Below the pieces are notes generated by a model, which saw nothing but the letters and a program-made list of their open reading frames with translations, was not told the DNA's origin and did not search any database. From positions 1 through 41,247 of the forward strand of contig CAYSUN010000004.1 of the NCBI GenBank assembly GCA_964434235.1: DNA of 41,247 nucleotides, read 5' to 3'. Of the stretch, positions 27,640-34,970 are shown in pieces. Each line of letters begins with the position of its first letter. The stretch's first letter is position 1. The position numbers and the translations under genes are program-made. Origin of the DNA: an uncultured Gammaproteobacteria bacterium (GTDB taxonomy: Bacteria; Patescibacteriota; Patescibacteriia; UBA11705; JABHMO01).

Positions 27640-27960
27640 AAAAAAACAAAAAAACAAGAAATCAATAAATCATTTAAACACTTGATCACTAAAACAAGAA
27701 ATCAATAAAACATAAAAACAATAAATCATTTAATCACGGAACATAGAACACAGAACACGGAACATTAATCATAGAACATAAAATCAAGAAAACAAGAAAA
27801 CATAAAAACACTTAATCATTAAAACACTTAATCACTAAAACAAGAAATCAATAAAACATAAAAACAAGAAAACAAGGAAAAGAAGGATTCAAGTAACAAG
27901 AAAAATTTAATACTTAATACTTAATACTTTTTCTTTTTATTTACTTTTAATTTTTAACTT
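27640..27960 (+). repeat. G-depleted A/C-rich degenerate repeat tract with units such as acaagaaatcaataaa, cacttaatcactaaaa and acttaatac. A related tract lies at 24311..24500.
   Basis: Read directly. It contains the uninterrupted target of the 45-nt element (caagaaatc|aataaaacat). Confidence 0.7.
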
Positions 27961-28192
27961 ATATTTTTTTAGTTGGAGTATTTAATGATTATTTTGTAGG
28001 TCGCTCAAAGGCCAAAAAGGTCTTGATTTTTTAAAAATAATTTGCTATGCTGAGCTTGTGAATTTAATCTAAATTTATACGCAAAAAAGTCAAAAGTAAA
28101 AACCAAAATTTAATTTAAGCTTTTGGCTTTTGTTATTATTTGCACCTTAGGTTAATTAGAACAATTAGAATAATTAGAATAATTTTAACCAT

Positions 28193-28909
28193 ATGAGTGG
28201 ACATTCAAGATGGGCGAAAATTCATCGCCAAAAAGGTGTGGCTGATGCTGCACGTGGTAATTTATTTACTAAAGTTTCAAAAAACATTTCTCTTTCTGCC
28301 AGAAGTGGTGGTGATCCAGAAATGAACTTTGCCTTAAAACTAGCCATCGATAAAGCAAAGGAATGTAACATGCCAAAAGACAAAATTGAAAATGCTATTA
28401 AACGAGGGACTGGTGAGTTGGGCGGAGCTGTTTTGGAAGAAGTATTGTATGAAGCTTATGCTCCAAGTGGTGCACCTTTGCTTATTACTGGAATTACTGA
28501 TAATAAAAATAGGACTACGCCAGAAATTAAAGCATTATTAAATAAAAATGGAGGTTCTCTTGGGGCGCAAAATTCTGTTCAATGGATGTTTGAAAGAAAA
28601 GGTGTTGTTCGCTTGAACCTAGAAAATGTTCAAGATAAAGATACATTGCTTTTAGAAGCTATTGATTTTGGCGCGGAAGATGTTTTGGAGGAGGATAGTG
28701 GCTTAACAGTTTTAACAAGTTTCACTAACTTTGAAAAAGTAAAAAAAGAGTTAGAAAAAAAAGGTTCAAAAATCGATTACGCAGAAATTGAATGGGTAGC
28801 AAAAGATAAAGTCAAAGGAGAGGGTGCTGAGGTTGAAAAAATAGAAAATTTAGTCGAAAAGCTAGAAGAACATGATGATGTTAATTCAGTATTCACAAAC
28901 GTTTTATAA
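28193..28909 (+). CDS. yebC: YebC/PmpR-family transcriptional regulatory protein
   Basis: MSGHSRWAKIHRQKG…NFALKLAIDKAKECNMPKD. Confidence 0.9.
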   Translation: MSGHSRWAKIHRQKGVADAARGNLFTKVSKNISLSARSGGDPEMNFALKLAIDKAKECNMPKDKIENAIKRGTGELGGAVLEEVLYEAYAPSGAPLLITGITDNKNRTTPEIKALLNKNGGSLGAQNSVQWMFERKGVVRLNLENVQDKDTLLLEAIDFGAEDVLEEDSGLTVLTSFTNFEKVKKELEKKGSKIDYAEIEWVAKDKVKGEGAEVEKIENLVEKLEEHDDVNSVFTNVL

Positions 28910-28987
28910 AAACACGTGTCCCCCGAAGTTTCAACACAGGTAGAAGAATACAAAAAAGCAAAAAAGCAAGAAAACAAGAAAGCAAAT

Positions 28988-29356
28988 ATGAATGATTATC
29001 AAAAAAGATTAAAAGGATTAATGGACGAGTATGTTCATTATGTCTATAAATTGACAAAAAAATTTCCGCGGGAAGAAATATATGGCTTAGTTTCACAGTT
29101 AAGAAGATCTGCAATTTCCATAATACTAAATTATATTGAAGGATACGCAAGAAGAAGAACGCTAGTTAGGTTTAATATGTTAGAAACGTCGTATGGTTCA
29201 TTTCAAGAAACTAAATATATAGTGCAATTTTCTTTAATTGAGGGTTATATTTCAAAAGAAGATTATTTAAATATAGAATTATTAGAAAAAGAAATTGGTG
29301 CTATGCTGTGGACCGAATTAACAAAATTAGAAGGCAGTATTAAAGCTGTAAAGTAA
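28988..29356 (+). CDS. Four-helix-bundle protein ('23S rRNA intervening-sequence protein' family)
   Basis: …EEIYGLVSQLRRSAISIILNYIEGYARR… is the family signature. About 122 aa from the ATG at 28988. Confidence 0.75.
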   Translation: MNDYQKRLKGLMDEYVHYVYKLTKKFPREEIYGLVSQLRRSAISIILNYIEGYARRRTLVRFNMLETSYGSFQETKYIVQFSLIEGYISKEDYLNIELLEKEIGAMLWTELTKLEGSIKAVK

Positions 29357-29424
29357 TAATATTTATTTGGCTCTTTGTTTTTTAATCGTGTATTTCTCTT
29401 TTAGTGGCTTGTGTTTTCTTGTCC

Positions 29425-29469
29425 GATGAGCCATGGGCTATACGGACTCCGTACTTTACGTCGGAGATT
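29425..29469 (-). repeat. 45-nt hairpin-rich insertion element, copy 2 (inverted orientation, 1 mismatch located in a hairpin loop)
   Basis: Its reverse complement equals 24349..24393 except tat→cat in the loop of the agcc/ggct stem. Confidence 0.75.
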
Positions 29470-29498
29470 TATTGATTTTTTGTTTTATTGAAGTCTCT

Positions 29499-29996
29499 AT
29501 GTCTACCAAAAAAGTAATATTGGGCATTGATCCAGGCTATGGCATTACTGGTTATGGTGTTGTTAGTGTTGAAGGATCAAAAATAACTTGCCTTGATTAC
29601 GGTGTTATTACTACTCGGGCTGGGGATGATTTTGAACTTCGTCTCAAAGATTTGAATAAAGATTTGAAGTTAATCATTAAAAAATATAAACCAGACTTGG
29701 TTGGGGTAGAAGATCTTTTCTTTGCTAAAAATGTTAAAACTGCCATGAAGGTCAGTCACGCCCGTGGCGTAATTATTTTAACTGCAGTTCAGGCTAATGT
29801 GCCGATTGTTGAATTTACTCCCGTTCAAGTTAAGCAGGCGATTTCAGGCTATGGTAAGGCCGAGAAAGCACAAGTTCAGCAAATGGTAAAAACATTCTTG
29901 AACCTGAAACAAATACCAAAACCAGATGATGCGGCTGATGCCTTGGCTGTGGCAGTTTGTGCGGCTAATTCTTTTAAATTAAAAAGTAAAAATTAA
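29499..29996 (+). CDS. ruvC: Crossover junction endodeoxyribonuclease RuvC
   Basis: ILGIDPGYGITGYGVV… The catalytic D and E residues are conserved. The start is taken at MSTKK. Confidence 0.9.
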   Translation: MSTKKVILGIDPGYGITGYGVVSVEGSKITCLDYGVITTRAGDDFELRLKDLNKDLKLIIKKYKPDLVGVEDLFFAKNVKTAMKVSHARGVIILTAVQANVPIVEFTPVQVKQAISGYGKAEKAQVQQMVKTFLNLKQIPKPDDAADALAVAVCAANSFKLKSKN

Positions 29997-29998
29997 AA

Positions 29999-30041
29999 GG
30001 CTTGCCCTGAACTTAACGTCTTATAGCGTTATAGTTCTGGG
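29999..30041 (+). repeat. Copy R3 of the ~44-nt structured repeat (ggcttgccctgaacttaacgtcttatagcgttatagttctggg)
   Basis: Matches the reverse complement of 5450..5493. Confidence 0.7.
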
Positions 30042-30135
30042 TAGATAGTAAATAAAAAATGATAAATATTAGTATTTAACTATTGTTTATCGCTTATTGT
30101 TTATTATTATTTATTTTTTAAGTAAGTATTCATTT

Positions 30136-31677
30136 ATGAAAAAAATCATATTAGTATTATTAATTTTAGGCTTGTTTTGTCCTTTAGCTATTTTCGCGCA
30201 AGATGAAATAGACAAAACTCCACAAATTAAAGCCGTTGCAGGAGAAGATCGAAATATTGTTGTTGATCGGCAAGTTGCTTTTTCAGCTATAAGTTCAATT
30301 GTGAGCAATGTTCAAAATATAGAATATCATTGGGATTTTGGTGATGGGTATTGGGCTGATGGTAAAGATGTTACTCATACATATTTGGATTCTGGTGTTT
30401 ATCGGGTTATTTTGAAAGTTAGTGGAATGTTTGGGGCTGAGAAAATTACAAGTGAAGATGAAATTATTGTTCACGTTGATAAAGAAGTAATGATTTTATT
30501 AAGTGATTATAATCTTGGTGAAGATAAGCTGGCTTTTGTTAAAGCAACAGCGTCAACACAAGGTATTTTGTTGGTTAATTTTCAAACAACCAATGATTTG
30601 GATTACGTGGCAGAAAAAGATTTAGCCCAAAAATTACTAAAAAGTCGAGAAGATATTAAACAAGCCAGTTCTATAGTTATTTGGACAGCCAATAATACTG
30701 GTTTGAATTCTTTGTTAGAGGTTGCTCAAAACTTAAGTAAGAATCATAGCGAATTGGAAACTTTTGGTTTTTCTAGTAAACATTTTGTGGTTATCATAAA
30801 TCAAAATTTTTCAGCTACTGCTCGTTTAGCTCAAAGTGTATACAATTTATTATCACCTCAATTTGTAGTATTGACTAGAGAAAGCGCAGCCAATGATGTT
30901 TTTTTATCAGCTGATTTTACTAGACTTTTAAATCGGTTAAAAAATGGTGAGGCTGATTATCGTTTAGTTGGTTTACACACGCAAAGAGATGTTAATCGTT
31001 TGTCTTGGAATAATTTTATTTCATATTTTGTTAGCTACATGGTGGACAAGGGAGTGGCTTTAAATACTATTTATTTAATTTTAATTTTACCGATTATTGC
31101 TACAGTTATTTCTTTTTCTCGGCAGATTATTGGTTTCAATGCGCTTGGAATTTATATGCCATCGATTCTAGCTGTTTCTTTTTTAGTAACTGGTCTTAAG
31201 TATGGTATAGCTTTGTTTTTAATGACTTTAATTGTTGGCACCGTCGCTCGACTTGTTGCACGAAAAATACGACTTTCATATTTACCAAGAATGGCGATTG
31301 TTCTAAGTTTTGTCAGTTTTTCCATTTTTATTGCTTTTTTGGCGGGTGCATATTTGGACAAAACAGGCTTTTTAGAAATTTCTATTTTCCCAATACTAAT
31401 TATGGTTTTGTTAACTGAAAAGTTTATTTCTGTGCAAATTGAAAGAGGTAGCAAAAGCGCAGTTATTTTAGTTGTTGAAACATTGTTTCTTTCAATTATT
31501 TGTTATTGGCTAGCTAGCTGGCAAACCATGAGAACAATCGTTCTTGGTTATCCAGAATTTATTTTATTAACAATTATATTAAATATTCTAATCGGCAAGT
31601 GGGCAGGTCTTCGCTTGGTAGAATATTATCGTTTTAGAAAGGTAATTAAAAATGTTGAGTTGGCTACGAAAAAGTAA
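30136..31677 (+). CDS. Secreted PKD-domain protein fused to a C-terminal multi-TM (about 7 TM) membrane domain
   Basis: Signal peptide. YHWDFGDG…THTY…GVYRVILKV is a PKD motif. The C-terminal half has about 7 hydrophobic helices. It is the first gene of an ATP-grasp cluster. Confidence 0.6.
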   Translation: MKKIILVLLILGLFCPLAIFAQDEIDKTPQIKAVAGEDRNIVVDRQVAFSAISSIVSNVQNIEYHWDFGDGYWADGKDVTHTYLDSGVYRVILKVSGMFGAEKITSEDEIIVHVDKEVMILLSDYNLGEDKLAFVKATASTQGILLVNFQTTNDLDYVAEKDLAQKLLKSREDIKQASSIVIWTANNTGLNSLLEVAQNLSKNHSELETFGFSSKHFVVIINQNFSATARLAQSVYNLLSPQFVVLTRESAANDVFLSADFTRLLNRLKNGEADYRLVGLHTQRDVNRLSWNNFISYFVSYMVDKGVALNTIYLILILPIIATVISFSRQIIGFNALGIYMPSILAVSFLVTGLKYGIALFLMTLIVGTVARLVARKIRLSYLPRMAIVLSFVSFSIFIAFLAGAYLDKTGFLEISIFPILIMVLLTEKFISVQIERGSKSAVILVVETLFLSIICYWLASWQTMRTIVLGYPEFILLTIILNILIGKWAGLRLVEYYRFRKVIKNVELATKK

Positions 31678-33049
31678 ACAAGTTTTGGGCATGAATGCTC
31701 GAAATTTGACATTTATCAGACCAGGGGCAACAAAAAATAGAGTTGACCTAGTTGATGATAAATTAAAAACAAAAAAACTTTTAGAAAAGCATGATTTACC
31801 AACTCCGAAATTATTGGCTGTGATTCGTAGTAGGAAAGAATTTTATAAATTTGATTGGACCAGTTTACCAAAAAGTTTTGTTTTGAAACCCAACCGTGGT
31901 TTAGGCGGAGAGGGTATTATTGTTACATTCGGAAAAAAGAAAAATGGTCGTTGGGTTTTGCCAAATGAGAAAGATGCGTCTTTGCAAGATATTATTTTGC
32001 GCGTGTCAAATATTTTGGATGGCGATTACTCAAAGACCAATGTCCCTGATGCTGCTTTTTTTGAAGAAAGATTAAAAATCCATCCAGCTTTTAAGTTATA
32101 TAGTTATAAAGGAATTCCTGATGTTAGAATAATTATTTACAATAATGTTCCAATCATGGCCATGTTGCGTTTACCAACCAAAGCTTCACGAGGAAAAGCA
32201 AATTTGCACCAAGGTGGTATTTGTGTAGGAATTGATATTTCGACTGGGACAACAACACATGCTATTTTATACAACAGAATGATTGAAACTTTGCCGGACA
32301 TTAAGTTGCCATTGCGTGGAATTAAGATTCCAAATTGGGAAGAGGTTTTAGAATTAGCAGTCAAGGCTGCAGTTGCTTGTGGGCTTTCCTACACCGGAAT
32401 TGATATTGCTATTGATCGAGAAAAAGGGCCAATTATTTTTGAAATTAACGCTCATCCAGGTCTTTCAATCCAAATTGCTAATTTAGCCTCGCTCAAAGAT
32501 CGCTTACTTCGAGTTGATGGTTTGAAAATTAAAACAGTAAAAAAAGGTATAAAAGTTGCCAAAGAATTGTTTGGTGGAGAGATTGAAGATGAGATTGAAG
32601 AAATTACTGGAAAAAAGGTTTTGGGTATTATTAATAAAATACAAATAAAAGATAAAAGCGGAGAATGGATTGAGTGCATAGCCAAGTTAGATACTGGTGC
32701 GGGCATTACTTCAATTGACGAAGATTTTGCTCGACGCTTAGGTTATGGCGAAGCGATTGAGCATTATAATAGTTTTAATATAAAAAGAGTTTTAACCAAG
32801 CAAGAATTAGATGAATTAAGCCGGCAGGAAACTTGGAAAAAACTTGAAGCTCATGAAGATATTATTGCCGTGGCTAAAACTTATAGTAGTCATGGGGCAT
32901 CTTACCGAATGGAGATCCCACTAAAAATAAAACTCTCAGAAGTAGAAATAAGTTCTAACGCTTCAGTTATCATCAGGGAAAATTTGAAATATCCTGTTAT
33001 AATAGGTAGGAGAGATCTTAATAAGTTTTTAATCGACCCAACTAAGTAA
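31652..33049 (+). CDS. RimK-like ATP-grasp amidoligase (alpha-L-glutamate-ligase-like) fused to a C-terminal retropepsin-like aspartic protease domain
   Basis: VLKPNRGLGGEGI…ANLHQGGICVGID…IIFEINAHPG are ATP-grasp motifs. AKLDTGAGITSID is a D-T-G-A aspartyl-protease motif. Overlaps the preceding gene by 26 nt. Confidence 0.7.
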   Translation: MLSWLRKSKQVLGMNARNLTFIRPGATKNRVDLVDDKLKTKKLLEKHDLPTPKLLAVIRSRKEFYKFDWTSLPKSFVLKPNRGLGGEGIIVTFGKKKNGRWVLPNEKDASLQDIILRVSNILDGDYSKTNVPDAAFFEERLKIHPAFKLYSYKGIPDVRIIIYNNVPIMAMLRLPTKASRGKANLHQGGICVGIDISTGTTTHAILYNRMIETLPDIKLPLRGIKIPNWEEVLELAVKAAVACGLSYTGIDIAIDREKGPIIFEINAHPGLSIQIANLASLKDRLLRVDGLKIKTVKKGIKVAKELFGGEIEDEIEEITGKKVLGIINKIQIKDKSGEWIECIAKLDTGAGITSIDEDFARRLGYGEAIEHYNSFNIKRVLTKQELDELSRQETWKKLEAHEDIIAVAKTYSSHGASYRMEIPLKIKLSEVEISSNASVIIRENLKYPVIIGRRDLNKFLIDPTK

Positions 33050-33109
33050 GTTAAAAGTTTATTAAGCTAACTGCATAGTTATCAACAATAGTTGAAGGTT
33101 CACAAAGTT

Positions 33110-33976
33110 ATGAGAATATTAATTATCGGACCGAAATCAGAAGAAAACATTAGCTTAGTTAATGCCGGTCAAAAAAGAAATCATCAAGTAAAATTAGTTT
33201 CTTTGCATCAGATATCGCTTTTAGTCCAAGCTAATAAAATGAAGGCATATGTTAGTGGACAAGAACTAGCTGATTATGATGTTTGTCTTTTTCGGGGCAT
33301 TTCTCCGTACTTTGCCAAGGCGAAAACTGTGGCTAATTTTCTGAAATTACGCGGAACAGAGGTGTTTGATAGAAAAATTTATAGTAAGGCTTTTGGCTAT
33401 GGTAAAATGTTCATGACTTTTGAGTTTTTTCAAAAAGGTTTGCCATGTATTGATACTTTCCATTTTTCAACCTTTGAAGAGTTAAATAAATATTTAGTAA
33501 AAATACCTAGGCCAGTGTTGATTAAAGATATTGCTGGCATGCATAGCCGAAATATTTATAGTTTTCAAACTAAAAAAGGACTGGAGCAATTTTTTCTCAA
33601 AAGAAAGAAAAAAGTAAAGCAGTTTTTAATACAAAAAAAGTTAAATGCAAATTATTATTATAGAGTTTTGGTTGTGGGTGATAAGGTTTTAGGTTCTATG
33701 AAAAGGATGAGTTATTTTAATCCGCAAAGGAAATCTACCCCATTAGCTAAGCGTTCGGTTAGAGTTGAAAAAAATAAGGAAATAGAAAGTTTGGCTCTTC
33801 AGGCAGCGAGAGCGACTCATACTGACATTGCTGGAGTTGATATTATTTACGATGGAGACAACCCAAAGATTCAAGAAGTTAATCGTTCACCAAAGTTTGG
33901 ACGTTTTACAGAGGTTATGAATGTTGACGTTGCTCAGGAAATAATTAAGTATCTAGAAAAATTTAATAAAATTTAA
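33110..33976 (+). CDS. RimK-like ATP-grasp ligase (second)
   Basis: RVLVVGDKV…DIAGVDIIYDG…IQEVNRSP. Confidence 0.7.
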   Translation: MRILIIGPKSEENISLVNAGQKRNHQVKLVSLHQISLLVQANKMKAYVSGQELADYDVCLFRGISPYFAKAKTVANFLKLRGTEVFDRKIYSKAFGYGKMFMTFEFFQKGLPCIDTFHFSTFEELNKYLVKIPRPVLIKDIAGMHSRNIYSFQTKKGLEQFFLKRKKKVKQFLIQKKLNANYYYRVLVVGDKVLGSMKRMSYFNPQRKSTPLAKRSVRVEKNKEIESLALQAARATHTDIAGVDIIYDGDNPKIQEVNRSPKFGRFTEVMNVDVAQEIIKYLEKFNKI

Positions 33977-33997
33977 TTGATAAATAAGATATTTTTT

Positions 33998-34969
33998 ATG
34001 AAAAATGTTGTTGTAATATATAATAGCGATAATTGGGACAAAGAGTACCCAATTTCCGATAAAAAATATTTAAACGTTGCGGAAGATATTACAGAAGTTG
34101 CTAGACGAGAAAAAATTGAGATATATCATGCCTCGATCAAATGGTACAAGGAACCATTTTTCAAAAAAGCTTTTATTTATCGTGATGGTAAATGGCAAAA
34201 AGAAAAAAACATAAAACCAAATTTAATTTGGTTGAAAATGAAAGTAACGCCAAGGACTAATTTTGCTTTGGAAGTAATTAATTCCAAGGTTCCATTCTTA
34301 AATCCTTTTCCGTTTGAAAGGCTAAACGACAAGTCGCTTTCTTCAAAAATCTTTTATCGTTGGTCGCCAAAAACAGTCAAAATTAGCACTTATCAAGAGC
34401 TAAAACAATCATTTGATGTTTTGAAATCTAGTCGAATTGTTATAAAACCATTAAAGGGTAGTGGCGGTAAGGGAGTTCAAATAATTTCTAACAAAGACTT
34501 ACATAAATTGCAGAGAAAAGAGATTAATTTTGTGGCTCAAAAATTTATTGATTCAAGCAAGGGAATTCCGGGCTTATGTAAGGGGTATCATGATTTACGA
34601 TTAGTTTTTTTGAATAATAAATTAGCTTATTCGTATATTCGAGTTCCAGCTCGGGGTAAATTGTTGGCCAACCTAGCACAGGGCGGAAAAATGTTTTTAG
34701 TTACTAAGAATCAGATACCTCGTAATGTTATAAAAATGGCTAAAGAAATTGTAGCTATTATTAGTCATTACAATGCTAGTTATTATACCTTAGATTTTTT
34801 ATTGGACAAAGAGGGTCGGCCGTATCTTTTGGAAATGAATACCATGCCAGGAGCTTTTTTCAATAAAGAAAACAGAAATGAACAATTAAGTTTTTTCAGA
34901 AATTTAGTAAAAACTATCAAGGAAAGAATAAAAATAAAGGAAAAAGAAAACAAAATTAATAATATATGA
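33998..34969 (+). CDS. RimK-like ATP-grasp ligase (third)
   Basis: VIKPLKGSGGKGVQII…LANLAQGGKMF…LLEMNTMPG. Confidence 0.65.
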   Translation: MKNVVVIYNSDNWDKEYPISDKKYLNVAEDITEVARREKIEIYHASIKWYKEPFFKKAFIYRDGKWQKEKNIKPNLIWLKMKVTPRTNFALEVINSKVPFLNPFPFERLNDKSLSSKIFYRWSPKTVKISTYQELKQSFDVLKSSRIVIKPLKGSGGKGVQIISNKDLHKLQRKEINFVAQKFIDSSKGIPGLCKGYHDLRLVFLNNKLAYSYIRVPARGKLLANLAQGGKMFLVTKNQIPRNVIKMAKEIVAIISHYNASYYTLDFLLDKEGRPYLLEMNTMPGAFFNKENRNEQLSFFRNLVKTIKERIKIKEKENKINNI

Positions 34970-34970
34970 T

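Noticed and set aside
27640-27960. Possible CRISPR array in the repeat-rich tract
   Set aside because: The units are degenerate, of variable length and not regularly spaced with unique spacers. The same low-complexity pattern recurs upstream of another gene. No cas genes are nearby.
28916-28987. GTG-initiated N-terminal extension of the four-helix-bundle gene
   Set aside because: Family members are about 115–125 aa. The ATG at 28988 gives the expected length.
24343-29470. The IR pair as terminal inverted repeats of a 5-kb composite transposon
   Set aside because: No transposase lies between the copies. The identical 45-mer interrupts a repeat unit that is intact elsewhere, so two independent small insertions are the simpler explanation. 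Inversion between the copies remains possible.
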